From a virus (taxonomy: Duplodnaviria; Caudoviricetes), in the IMG/VR virus record IMGVR_UViG_3300010153_000068, positions 1 through 29,173 of that record: a DNA stretch of 29,173 nt; one strand, written 5' to 3'. The translations under genes and the position numbers were made by a program. Below the pieces are notes generated by a model. It was not told where the DNA came from. It searched no databases and saw only the letters and a list, made by a program, of their open reading frames with translations. Of the stretch, positions 1 through 8,873 are shown piece after piece. Each line of letters starts with the position of its first letter. Position 1 is the first letter of the stretch.

Positions 1-1
1 A

Positions 2-199
2 ACTATTGCCTCCGTTGGTATATCGTCAATTAAAGTTACTGGTTCTTGTGTGGGTGGAGATTTACTAGAAAGTAATGGAGATGGAACTGCTAAAGTACAG
101 AGTGATGATATTATTAGAAGTAAAACAATCGGAAAAGTAACAATGGGTAACTCAACTGAAGAAGTTAAGCTGGTTAGTTGTGTGCTTTATTGTGGATAA
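2..199 (+). CDS. C-terminal fragment of tail fibre/tailspike protein (5' truncated by window)
   Basis: Open frame 2 reads TIASVGISSIKVTGSCVGGDLLESNGDGTAKVQSDDIIRSKTIGKVTMGNSTEEVKLVSCVLYCG*. The GDLL..GDG.AKVQ.DDI.RS.TIGKV..C.L.CG ending resembles C-terminal chaperone/autocleavage domains of phage fibres. Confidence 0.6.
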   Translation, partial: TIASVGISSIKVTGSCVGGDLLESNGDGTAKVQSDDIIRSKTIGKVTMGNSTEEVKLVSCVLYCG

Positions 200-223
200 T
201 AATTAACAAACAAGGAGTCAATA

Positions 224-448
224 ATGGCAAAAAAAGAAAAGAAGCCAGTCTTGAACCTAGATGATAAAGAGTATATCATTGAGGATATGACTGATGAGCA
301 AAAGATGATGGTAAATCATATTAACGATATTCAAAACAAACAGAATAGCAATCAGTTTATCGCTGACCAGTTATCTGTAGGTAAAGAAGCGTTTATCAAT
401 ATGCTTAGAGAATCATTAGCTAAACCTGAAGAGGTAGAAGTAGCTTAA
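224..448 (+). CDS. small coiled-coil phage protein, possibly fibre-associated chaperone
   Basis: 74-aa ORF, AAGGAG SD upstream, directly follows the fibre gene. Confidence 0.6.
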   Translation: MAKKEKKPVLNLDDKEYIIEDMTDEQKMMVNHINDIQNKQNSNQFIADQLSVGKEAFINMLRESLAKPEEVEVA

Positions 449-744
449 TGTTGATTCGAAGGTGTGCTCAGGGTCATGATATTAAGGTATACAGGAATAC
501 TACTCCCGGTGCTACTCGTACAAAGAGTTACCCAGATGGTACAACTGAGACCCTGACATACCCTTCATCATATAAATACTTCTTAACTATAGATGGAGAA
601 GTAGAAAGACGAAGTAATAGTTGGAAAACAATAGAAGAATTATATGTTAGTAAGTGCGAAGATAAACATACTACTAGTAATGGTAGAGTAATTGTTGGTA
701 AGCATAAACTAGTAAACCATGTAATAACAGAAGTAGGAAGCTAA
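448..744 (+). CDS. hypothetical phage protein
   Basis: 98-aa ORF coupled to upstream gene by TAATG overlap. Confidence 0.65.
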   Translation: MLIRRCAQGHDIKVYRNTTPGATRTKSYPDGTTETLTYPSSYKYFLTIDGEVERRSNSWKTIEELYVSKCEDKHTTSNGRVIVGKHKLVNHVITEVGS

Positions 745-745
745 A

Positions 746-1054
746 ATGTCTTTATATAAGTATACAGAGAAAGAAGCGGCTAATCTATTAATAGGTCAAA
801 ATGGCTTTGATGTAATAGCTGAACACGATACTAATGTTGTAAACCCAGATACTGGTTCTTGGATTGCAATACAAGCTTTGGGTAAAGACTCTAGTGGTAC
901 TACTGAGTTTTTAAAAATAAAAGTCACATCTAATATTGGAGACAATATAGATGCCTTTGTTAATTTAATACCCGGTGAAATACTATATGGTAACTTTAAT
1001 GGCATAGTAAATCACACAGACTCAACAGCAGTATGCATAGCTTACAGAGGATAA
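746..1054 (+). CDS. hypothetical beta-rich (possibly virion) protein
   Basis: 102-aa ORF, AGGA upstream, in late operon. Confidence 0.65.
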   Translation: MSLYKYTEKEAANLLIGQNGFDVIAEHDTNVVNPDTGSWIAIQALGKDSSGTTEFLKIKVTSNIGDNIDAFVNLIPGEILYGNFNGIVNHTDSTAVCIAYRG

Positions 1055-1161
1055 GAAGAACCGAAAGGTTAAAGAATAGATTCAGAAATGCAAACAAGAA
1101 AACTGGAGCATGGTCATGGATAAAAGAAAAAATAAAAAAGATTTTAAAATTAAAAAACTAA
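1033..1161 (+). CDS. possible 42-aa cationic amphipathic peptide (MHSLQRIRRTERLKNRFRNANKKTGAWSWIKEKIKKILKLKN)
   Basis: Read manually; fills the gap between 1054 and 1174, no clear SD. Confidence 0.3.
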   Translation: MHSLQRIRRTERLKNRFRNANKKTGAWSWIKEKIKKILKLKN

Positions 1162-1173
1162 AAACAGGAGACT

Positions 1174-1410
1174 TTGAAGTTGTTTATGATACGAGTTATA
1201 ATATTAATGTTTACTACACTTATGTTTAGTAGTTGTTCAAACGGTTGGACAATTATGGGAATTGATACAGATATAGAAAATCCAATGTATACATTTGTTG
1301 AGGTGGTAGACCAAGATTCTACATCACATTTTTATTCAGACAACGTAAGATTTGATAGAGATATGTGGTGTTTTACGCATAACAGTTGGGAAATAGTTAA
1401 GAGGAAATGA
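1174..1410 (+). CDS. putative lipoprotein (o-spanin-like position in lysis region)
   Basis: Hydrophobic N-terminus ending in a lipobox-like FSSC; start could be TTG 1174 or ATG 1186. Confidence 0.5.
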   Translation: MKLFMIRVIILMFTTLMFSSCSNGWTIMGIDTDIENPMYTFVEVVDQDSTSHFYSDNVRFDRDMWCFTHNSWEIVKRK

Positions 1411-1727
1411 GTGATGATGTCAAAACAGCTAGGAGTTATAGAGGTAGTGTTGTGGACGACAATGCTGTTGTCAGTATTAACCTCAAGTGGTTTGGACAAA
1501 TTCTTATTCTGGTTGGCACTCTCGTGTATGGTTACTATAGGATTGAGACTAGATTGGGAACACTTGAAAATAGTCTTGCTGATGCAGATGAACGCATTGG
1601 GAATTTACTTGATAAACATATCGTGGAAGAAAGGATTGAACGAGAAGAGTTGGCAGAAAAAGTAAAGTTTTACGAAAAAGAAATAAACATCAATCCTTTG
1701 GGTTGGGGTAAAAAGCGGAGGAAGTAA
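1407..1727 (+). CDS. single-TM coiled-coil membrane protein (holin/spanin-like)
   Basis: TM segment WFGQILILVGTLVYGYY followed by heptad-rich region and basic C-terminus; ATGA overlap. Confidence 0.55.
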   Translation: MSDDVKTARSYRGSVVDDNAVVSINLKWFGQILILVGTLVYGYYRIETRLGTLENSLADADERIGNLLDKHIVEERIEREELAEKVKFYEKEININPLGWGKKRRK

Positions 1728-2050
1728 TGGACATGATGGCAATATATGGCGAAGCAGGAATGATAGGTATATGTGGAGCATTGCTTGTTTATTTAGTTAT
1801 GTCATTGTCAAAGAAGTCAGAGTCTCAACAAGAGTCTTTGAAAGAATTAGAGGTAGAGAATAAAGGTCAGTCTGAAAGTATTAACAATATGGAAGGAATG
1901 ATAATCAAATTAATTAGCAGATGGAATGAGTCAGACGCTGTAAGAGATAGAAGATATGAACAGATGATGGAGGCAGTATCAGATTTAGAAAAACAATTAT
2001 CACGAATGGATGGTATTATGTCACGAATGAACGGAAATGGGAGACATTAA
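1727..2050 (+). CDS. N-terminal TM + coiled-coil protein (holin-like)
   Basis: GMIGICGALLVYLVM TM followed by coiled coil; TAATG coupling, GGAGG SD. Confidence 0.55.
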   Translation: MDMMAIYGEAGMIGICGALLVYLVMSLSKKSESQQESLKELEVENKGQSESINNMEGMIIKLISRWNESDAVRDRRYEQMMEAVSDLEKQLSRMDGIMSRMNGNGRH

Positions 2051-2196
2051 TGGATAGCATAAAAGTTTCTTTAGGTAGCGTAGGTAGTGGAGCATTACTA
2101 TTCATGGACTTACTTCCATACGTATTAGGTATTATAATTGGAATAATGAATATAATATATTTATATTATAAAATTAAAAAAACAAAGGAATCGTAA
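2050..2196 (+). CDS. 48-aa hydrophobic membrane protein, candidate holin (MDSIKVSLGSVGSGALLFMDLLPYVLGIIIGIMNIIYLYYKIKKTKES)
   Basis: Not in ORF track. TAATG-coupled at both ends; hydrophobic core and basic C-terminal tail. Confidence 0.6.
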   Translation: MDSIKVSLGSVGSGALLFMDLLPYVLGIIIGIMNIIYLYYKIKKTKES

Positions 2197-2423
2197 TGGA
2201 TATTAAAACAATGTTAGTTAAGTTGGCTGAAGAGCAAGCTGAAATAGTACAAGAGCAAGCAATAGGTCACATAGCATCAGATGATTTTTCTGATAAGATG
2301 GCTGAGATGTTAAACGATAAAATCAATATACCTTTTGTCAAAGAAGAAAAAGAAGGTAAGATGTTTAAAGAATTAGTAGAAGTTATCCAAGACCTAGTTA
2401 TTGGATTGATGAAGGGTAAATAG
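2196..2423 (+). CDS. hypothetical acidic helical protein
   Basis: 75-aa ORF, TAATG-coupled. Confidence 0.65.
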   Translation: MDIKTMLVKLAEEQAEIVQEQAIGHIASDDFSDKMAEMLNDKINIPFVKEEKEGKMFKELVEVIQDLVIGLMKGK

Positions 2424-2424
2424 T

Positions 2425-2715
2425 ATGCCTGCCAAGAAAGACCCTAGATTGAAAAGAGCTGGAGTATCTGGATTTAATAAGCCTAAGCGTACTCCGGGAC
2501 ATCCTAAGAAAAGTCATATTGTTGTAGCTAAGGAAGGGTCTAAGATTAAAACAATTAGGTTTGGTCAGAAGGGAGCTAGTACAGCAGGTAAACCAAAAGC
2601 TGGTGAATCCAGAAGAATGAAAATGAAAAGAAAATCGTTCAAAGCAAGGCATGGTAAGAATATAGCTAAGGGTAAAATGTCTGCTGCTTATTGGGCGGAT
2701 AAGGTAAAGTGGTAA
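2425..2715 (+). CDS. small basic protein (DUF6321-like)
   Basis: Motifs KTIRFGQKG, KSFKARH and SAAYWADKVKW, typical of a widespread basic phage protein family. Confidence 0.6.
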   Translation: MPAKKDPRLKRAGVSGFNKPKRTPGHPKKSHIVVAKEGSKIKTIRFGQKGASTAGKPKAGESRRMKMKRKSFKARHGKNIAKGKMSAAYWADKVKW

Positions 2716-2716
2716 T

Positions 2717-2878
2717 ATGAATAAAAAAGTTAAAGCTCCTAAAGGTTATCATTGGATGAAGTCAGGTAAGGGTCTTAAGTTAATGAAGCATAGTGGTGCA
2801 TTTAAACCCCATAAAGGTGCTAGTCTTACTGCTGGGTTTAAAGTACAAATGAAACACTCTAAGCCTAAAAAGAAATAA
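2717..2878 (+). CDS. 53-aa basic protein (MNKKVKAPKGYHWMKSGKGLKLMKHSGAFKPHKGASLTAGFKVQMKHSKPKKK)
   Basis: Not in ORF track. Fills the gap exactly and is TAATG-coupled to the next gene. Confidence 0.7.
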   Translation: MNKKVKAPKGYHWMKSGKGLKLMKHSGAFKPHKGASLTAGFKVQMKHSKPKKK

Positions 2879-3273
2879 TGGCGTCAGCTACAAAAACAAA
2901 ACCAGCTTTATGGAAACGAATAGTTTCTTCTGTTAAGGCAGGAACTAAAGGTGGAAGAAAAGGTCAATGGTCTGCACGTAAAGCTCAACTAGCTACTGCA
3001 AGATATAAGAAAGCAGGTGGTGGATATAAAGGAGCTAAGTCATCTAGTAATAGTTTGACTAAGTGGGGTAAGCAAAAATGGGACTACGTAAGTAAAGGTG
3101 ATAAGAAAAAACCTAAGAAGAAACGTGGTCGTTACCTACCTGAGTCAGTTAGGAAAAGCCTTAGCCCTTCTCAAAAAGCAAGCACTAATAGAGCTAAGAA
3201 AAGAGCTACTGCAAAGGGAAAGCAAAAAGCTAAATATAGTAAATCAGTTGCAAAAAAAGTAAGGAGAGCATAA
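2878..3273 (+). CDS. basic protein (DUF5872-like)
   Basis: Motifs GQWSARKAQL..YKKAGGGY, SL.KW.KQKW and GRYLP. Confidence 0.65.
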   Translation: MASATKTKPALWKRIVSSVKAGTKGGRKGQWSARKAQLATARYKKAGGGYKGAKSSSNSLTKWGKQKWDYVSKGDKKKPKKKRGRYLPESVRKSLSPSQKASTNRAKKRATAKGKQKAKYSKSVAKKVRRA

Positions 3274-3413
3274 TGCCACAGGGTAAAGGTACATACGGTT
3301 CAAAGAAGGGAAGACCTTCAAAAAAGAAAAAAGGTAAAGCGTTAAGCAAGAAACAAAAGGCTCTACCTAAGAAGCTTCAAGCTTTAATAATGAAGAAGAA
3401 GAAGAAGAAATAA
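3273..3413 (+). CDS. 46-aa lysine-rich protein (MPQGKGTYGSKKGRPSKKKKGKALSKKQKALPKKLQALIMKKKKKK)
   Basis: Not in ORF track. AAGGAG SD; TAATG-coupled at both ends. Confidence 0.7.
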   Translation: MPQGKGTYGSKKGRPSKKKKGKALSKKQKALPKKLQALIMKKKKKK

Positions 3414-3793
3414 TGCCTAGATTTGGGAAGACAAGTAAGAAAAGATTAAAAGGTGTAGACGATAGGTTAGTTAAAGTTCTTAATGAGCTTATTAAAATTA
3501 TGGATGTTACTATAATAGAAGGTTTACGCACAAGTGAAAGGCAAGAAGAGTTATTAAAAAAAGGAGCTACTAAAGTAAAGTACTCTAAGCACATGGAAGG
3601 TAAAGCTGTAGACCTATCTCCTTATCCTATAGATTGGAAGAATAGAGACGGGTTTCACTATATGGGCGGAATGATTAGAGGGATAGCTAAACAACTTGAT
3701 ATTAAGGTTCGTTGGGGTGGAGACTGGGACTCTGACGGAGATGTTAAAGATAATGGATTCGATGACTTGGTACATGTGGAGATACTTGATTAA
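3413..3793 (+). CDS. endolysin, M15-family Zn peptidase (L-Ala-D-Glu peptidase-like)
   Basis: Motifs EGLRT.ERQ, SKHMEGKAVD (Zn ligands H and D), WGGDW and DLVHVE (third ligand H). Confidence 0.88.
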   Translation: MPRFGKTSKKRLKGVDDRLVKVLNELIKIMDVTIIEGLRTSERQEELLKKGATKVKYSKHMEGKAVDLSPYPIDWKNRDGFHYMGGMIRGIAKQLDIKVRWGGDWDSDGDVKDNGFDDLVHVEILD

Positions 3794-4251
3794 TGCCTAA
3801 ACAACTATATACTATAAATAAATTTGACGCTGGAATAAATACAGTTAAGGATGCAAGAGATTTATCTGAACCAGAGTCAAGTGCTATAACTAATATGGCA
3901 GTTGATGCACAGGGAAAAATAAAATCTGCAGGTAGTCTAGTGCAACAGAAAGCTAACCCATCTGATGTAAGCGGTAGCATTCTTTCAAAGTATATATCTA
4001 AACGTACTGCAAGGCTAGAAATAGGAACAAGTGCCCCCGGTACAATTACAGGAAGGCTTAACCTTGGGGGAGGGTATAACTTCTTTTACTTTGAGTCAGA
4101 CCATAGTATATTTGATGATATTGATAGCAATGTAAGAACCGTAGGAAGTGCTGATGGAAATATAAGTTTTGGCAATCCTCAGAATACAGCAGTAGATGGA
4201 GTAGGAACTTCAAGCTCTGCTGATATTCCCGGTGCAGGGTCTACGGAGTAA
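3793..4251 (+). CDS. virion protein resembling the N-terminal part of a tail nozzle/stabilisation protein
   Basis: N-terminus MPKQ..INKFDAGINT..DARDL...ES..ITNM.VD..GKI resembles starts of podoviral nozzle proteins; in frame with the next ORF. Confidence 0.5.
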   Translation: MPKQLYTINKFDAGINTVKDARDLSEPESSAITNMAVDAQGKIKSAGSLVQQKANPSDVSGSILSKYISKRTARLEIGTSAPGTITGRLNLGGGYNFFYFESDHSIFDDIDSNVRTVGSADGNISFGNPQNTAVDGVGTSSSADIPGAGSTE

Positions 4252-4254
4252 GAT

Positions 4255-7056
4255 ATGGCTTTAGCAGTACTTCCATCAAAATCGTTTATTAAGATAACCG
4301 TTTCTGGAACAGCAGATTACTGGACTTCTAATCAAGGTTTTTTAGTAGGAGATATAATAACTGTTAGTGGTAGTAAATTTAACGATGGAGTCTTTATTGT
4401 TTCTGGTTTTATCCAACAAGGTGGCTCTCATTATATGATGGTTATTGGGAAACCTATTGTAGACGAAACAGCCTTTACAGTTAATACAGATGTAAATCAT
4501 AGTAATACACAGACTACAATAAATATTGTAGACAGTCCTGATGTTAGAGTAGGTCAAACTATTACAGGTAATGGAATTCCTGCAGGAACTGTAGTTAATT
4601 CAGTTACTGGAACTGAAGGAGTTAATGTAAGTGCGGTTGTTATTTCTCAAGCAGTTACAGGTTTAGGCTTAGGAGAAGGAACATCTCCCAAACCTATGAC
4701 CTTTACAACTTCTCCAGACGGAGCATCAACTTCAGTTAGAATAAAAGCTAAGAGGTCTACAGGAGATAGGTTGTGTGCTCTTGGCGATGCGGCTAATAAT
4801 AATATAGACGTATGGTCTTTTAATAAAGCAAGTACTTCATCTAATACTGATGATGGGTGGGGAAGCGAAGAGATAAATACAGGTATAATTTCATCAGCTA
4901 GTGAGCACGTTTCTACATCTCAGTTTATATTTACATTTTCTGATGAAGTACTAAGAGTTTCTGATATAAATGTAGAAAACAATTCAATACTTAAATGGTA
5001 TGGATATATACAAATGAATCAGTTCTTAACTGCAAACGATTCAGTCTCTTTAGCTTTTAATGGATGGTATGAACATCCTGCTTATTTAGAAAGACCAGCT
5101 TCTATTACAATGGCAAGTTCAAACCAAAATGCAGTAGACACAGATTCCCATTATAGTGTTTTAAACGATGTAGTAGACAATCTAGCTGGAACAAACGTTT
5201 TAACTTCAGAGGTAGTAACTGCAATAACTGAAGATTCTATTACTTTTGATACTGGTGGTTCTAATCCTAGAGTAGCTAATCATTTTTTTGAAATGGGTCA
5301 AGTATACTCAGTTCTTTCTCGTTCTTCTGAAAAACCAGAATGTTTTATGGTAAGAAAAACAGCAGAAGGTAAAAGTAGTTCAACACCTGTAAAAGTATAT
5401 CGTGGATACGGAGGAACTCCAGATGTTGAGATAGCTGATAATAGTGGTGATATATATAAAAGAGGATTAGGATGGAATATAGGAGTCATTGAGGGAGCAG
5501 GAGATGGTACTTGGAGTGCAAAAGAATATGAGTTTTTTCAAACATTTATATACGATGAGAATCAAGAAAGTCGTCCTAGGGTATACGGAGGAACTTTAAC
5601 AACTACTAACGAAAACAAAGCTTTGAAGTGTACAGTATATGCTGATAGATTTTACAATGGTAGAATTACTGGAGGTAGAATTTACATAAGAGAAAGAGGT
5701 AGTGATAACGATTTAATTTTATTTGCAGATATAGATATAAGACTTGGTGTAAGAATGACTCTTGACGGAAGGTATAAACCTTGGGTAAAAAGAGTTGATA
5801 GTGATGCTAACCATACTGAAAATTCTGGATACTACTCAGCCACTAGTTCTTCAGAAGGGTTAAAATCTACTAACCCTAACTTTGACACCTATAAAACTCT
5901 TAATGGATATTCTGAAGAAGTAAAATTTAACTCAATAGGTAAAGAAAAAGAATTATACAAGGCTTCTGTTATAGCAAATAGAAGGCACTTTATAGCCAAT
6001 GTTAGAATTAAAAAAGGTAGTACTAAAAAAACTCACGGTGATAGAATAATGTTTAGTGAGTTAGGAAAGTTTGATACTTTTACTGAAGACAATTTTATAG
6101 ATGTTTCTAGAGGTGACTATGGAGAGTACGTAGCCTTAGAATCTTTTGCAGATAAACTTTTAGCCTTTAAACATAACACCACTCATATATTAAATATATC
6201 TAGTCCAACTCCTTCAGGTTGGTTTTTAGAAGAAAGCATAAAAAACTCTGGGGTTTCTTTTCATTATAGTATTGTAAAAACTGAATTTGGAGTTGTATGG
6301 GCAAATGAAAAAGGATGTTTTATTTATAATGGAGCTGATACGGTAGACTTAACTAAAAACAAATTAGGTATATTCGAGTCTACTAATTCTAATATACCAG
6401 TCTGGTCTGACTTTGCAAATGGAAATTTACATTTTAAAAGCATTATGTGTGGCTATGATGATATAAGTAATCAGTTAATTGTAATGAGGTCTCCTTCAGA
6501 TTTAAGTACAAATAGTAATCAATGTTTTATATATGATTTTGATACTAGTGCTTGGACATATAATACAAATTTATTTACAGATAGCCATTACTATACTAAC
6601 TTTGCTAAAGATTGGAACAACAGTTTAATTATAGGACATGAAGAGTCAGCTACGGTAGTTGAGTTTTTAAAGTACAGAGCAAACATTAGTACTCAAAGTA
6701 ATCAATCTATAATAACTAGAGATATAGATTTTGGGAATGCAGGATTAGTTAAAAAAATATACAAGGTTATAATAACTTACAAGTCAAGTGTAGACCAACT
6801 AACTCCTTTAGAGTTTGCGATAAATGGTACTGGTAGCTTCTCTGATTTTTCTACAGGTTCAAATGTAACACCTGCAGGTAATGACTCTGGAGATTTAGAT
6901 GCTGTGTCTACTTGGGATGTAGGAGTTTTTAAGGCAGACAGTATAGTTAGTTGTCAAAGCATACAGTTTAAAATTGTTTTACCTGACTCTGGTACTTTTG
7001 AAATTAATGATATAACTATTCAATATAGAACTTTAAAAAGCAAGGAAGTTTCTTAA
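4255..7056 (+). CDS. large tail protein, probable nozzle/stabilisation (beta-propeller) protein
   Basis: 933 aa, beta-rich. The C-terminal third has FSE..KFD.F, LLAFK, GVVWAN.KG.FIYNG, FIYDF....W and TRDIDFG...KKIYKV..TY, typical of P22 gp10/T7 gp12-like proteins. Lies just before the ejection-like genes. Confidence 0.6.
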   Translation: MALAVLPSKSFIKITVSGTADYWTSNQGFLVGDIITVSGSKFNDGVFIVSGFIQQGGSHYMMVIGKPIVDETAFTVNTDVNHSNTQTTINIVDSPDVRVGQTITGNGIPAGTVVNSVTGTEGVNVSAVVISQAVTGLGLGEGTSPKPMTFTTSPDGASTSVRIKAKRSTGDRLCALGDAANNNIDVWSFNKASTSSNTDDGWGSEEINTGIISSASEHVSTSQFIFTFSDEVLRVSDINVENNSILKWYGYIQMNQFLTANDSVSLAFNGWYEHPAYLERPASITMASSNQNAVDTDSHYSVLNDVVDNLAGTNVLTSEVVTAITEDSITFDTGGSNPRVANHFFEMGQVYSVLSRSSEKPECFMVRKTAEGKSSSTPVKVYRGYGGTPDVEIADNSGDIYKRGLGWNIGVIEGAGDGTWSAKEYEFFQTFIYDENQESRPRVYGGTLTTTNENKALKCTVYADRFYNGRITGGRIYIRERGSDNDLILFADIDIRLGVRMTLDGRYKPWVKRVDSDANHTENSGYYSATSSSEGLKSTNPNFDTYKTLNGYSEEVKFNSIGKEKELYKASVIANRRHFIANVRIKKGSTKKTHGDRIMFSELGKFDTFTEDNFIDVSRGDYGEYVALESFADKLLAFKHNTTHILNISSPTPSGWFLEESIKNSGVSFHYSIVKTEFGVVWANEKGCFIYNGADTVDLTKNKLGIFESTNSNIPVWSDFANGNLHFKSIMCGYDDISNQLIVMRSPSDLSTNSNQCFIYDFDTSAWTYNTNLFTDSHYYTNFAKDWNNSLIIGHEESATVVEFLKYRANISTQSNQSIITRDIDFGNAGLVKKIYKVIITYKSSVDQLTPLEFAINGTGSFSDFSTGSNVTPAGNDSGDLDAVSTWDVGVFKADSIVSCQSIQFKIVLPDSGTFEINDITIQYRTLKSKEVS

Positions 7057-7730
7057 TGAGAAATCATTCTAAGTTCTTAACAAATAAAAAACAAGATGCT
7101 TTATATTCTAACGAAGAAATGCATTTAGGTAATATGATTGAAGGTCAAGTATCTATATCAAACAATAAAAGCTCTAGCCCTAGTTTAAATCTTAAAAAAA
7201 ATAATTTACTATATAAAGTTTACTTAACTCCAGATGGAAACAGATTTGTAGATAGAAAACTAACTACTAATATCTTAGAGTATACAAATACATTCATAGA
7301 CTATAGAATATATAAACATAATTTTTCTGATAACATAGGGACTACAGAACATTTTATACCTTGGCAGGGAACAGGAGAACAAACAGGAATGAATGATGCT
7401 ACATCAACTCTTCTTGTTCCATTTAAAATGACTTGTCATAAGATATTATTTAGACCAGAATCATTTGATACACCTACTGCCAACTTTACTTTTAAAATTA
7501 AAAGACAAGATAGTGGTGATGCAACCGTAGATGAAGTTGCTAGCTTTACATATACAGACACATTTGCAGATAATACTACAATAGAAGTAAAGCAATCTGA
7601 TTTTAACAATACACCCGTTGTAGACGCAGGAGCTAAGGCATCAATAAGTATACAAGCAAGTGCAAACCCTCACAGTTCATCAAAAGATTATTATATAACC
7701 TCTGTATGGAGAACTGAAATAACAATATAA
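7056..7730 (+). CDS. hypothetical virion protein (beta-sandwich-like C-terminus)
   Basis: 224 aa, TAATG-coupled, Thr/Ser-rich beta pattern. Confidence 0.5.
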   Translation: MRNHSKFLTNKKQDALYSNEEMHLGNMIEGQVSISNNKSSSPSLNLKKNNLLYKVYLTPDGNRFVDRKLTTNILEYTNTFIDYRIYKHNFSDNIGTTEHFIPWQGTGEQTGMNDATSTLLVPFKMTCHKILFRPESFDTPTANFTFKIKRQDSGDATVDEVASFTYTDTFADNTTIEVKQSDFNNTPVVDAGAKASISIQASANPHSSSKDYYITSVWRTEITI

Positions 7731-7739
7731 AGGACAATC

Positions 7740-8873
7740 ATGTACGATAAAAATAAAACAATTAAAGGATATATGGGTGGAGGTTACATGAAGCCTATGG
7801 GTTATCAAACAGGTGGCTATATACCCGGACTATCTAGAGCTAGATACTTAACAAGTTTAGATAGAGATAAGAGAATAGCTCAAGAAGAATTTGAAGCAAA
7901 CGCAGAGAAAGTAGCTAAAGAACAAAAGTATAGAGGTTTACTAGGAAAGTTAGGTAGCTTTGCAGGTACAGCTTTAGGAGCGGCACTAGCCGCACCTACT
8001 GGTGGAGTTTCTGTACTTGCTGGAAAAGCACTTGGTTCTGCTATAGGTAAAGGAGCTGGTGAATTAGTAGGTGGTTCATTTGTAGATACTGAAAACCTTA
8101 AGAAATCTTCTACTGGTTTATATAAAGATGACTTTGAATACCTAGAAAGGCAAGGCAGGAAAGCTCAAGACTTAGGTGAATTAGCTGAACGCTCTATTGG
8201 AGAGGGTGCGGCTACTTATGCTGGTGGAAAGTTTAATGAATTTATTGATACTCGTCTTGCAGAAGCAAAAATAGATAGAAAAGTTTTTGACCCATCTACT
8301 GATGGAGCTATAATTCCAGAGCAATCAGATTTTTTAATTGACAGTAATTCTTCAGCCACAGATAAAGATTTTGCAGAACTAAGGGCTCGTGAAAATGTCT
8401 CAAGAGATAAGCTTTATAAAACTCTTGAGTCTAACCCTATGATGTCTTACGAAGAAAGCCTTAAAGGTTCAGATAGACTAGGCAGGTTAAACACTACAAT
8501 AGCAGATATTAATGAAGCAGAAGCATTAAGAAATCAAGCTAGCTCTAGAAGTCTTAATAGCTTTATAAAAGAATTTGGAGATATTCCAAGTGCACAAAAA
8601 TATAGAGACAGAGCTTCAAACTTTGCAGATATAATACAAAGACTTGAGTCTGAGCTTGAACCTGCTACGGGAGAACAAAGACCTTTAGCTTCTTTACAAA
8701 ATTTGTTACAGCAATATCCAGAGCAATCTTCTCTGTCCGGAGACTCTAGTAATTTAGATTTTATACAAGCTACTCAAAGAAGATTAAGAGGTTATGAAGA
8801 TGGTGGTCAAATAGAGGAATATGGACATGGTGGATTAATAGATATGAACCCATTTAGTAGGAGGATTCTGTAA
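7740..8873 (+). CDS. probable internal virion/ejection protein
   Basis: Gly/Ala-rich hydrophobic segment (GSFAGTALGAALAAPTGGVSVLAGKALGSAIGKGAG) and YxxGG motifs at both ends. Confidence 0.55.
   Translation: MYDKNKTIKGYMGGGYMKPMGYQTGGYIPGLSRARYLTSLDRDKRIAQEEFEANAEKVAKEQKYRGLLGKLGSFAGTALGAALAAPTGGVSVLAGKALGSAIGKGAGELVGGSFVDTENLKKSSTGLYKDDFEYLERQGRKAQDLGELAERSIGEGAATYAGGKFNEFIDTRLAEAKIDRKVFDPSTDGAIIPEQSDFLIDSNSSATDKDFAELRARENVSRDKLYKTLESNPMMSYEESLKGSDRLGRLNTTIADINEAEALRNQASSRSLNSFIKEFGDIPSAQKYRDRASNFADIIQRLESELEPATGEQRPLASLQNLLQQYPEQSSLSGDSSNLDFIQATQRRLRGYEDGGQIEEYGHGGLIDMNPFSRRIL

Noticed and set aside
1411-1665. Alternate-frame ORF nested in 1407-1727 as an embedded o-spanin
   Set aside because: A LALSC occurs, but only at about residue 40 with no proper N-terminal signal peptide and no own SD; more likely incidental
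3392-3409. (GAA)n microsatellite
   Set aside because: It simply encodes the poly-Lys tail (AAG codons) of the 46-aa basic protein
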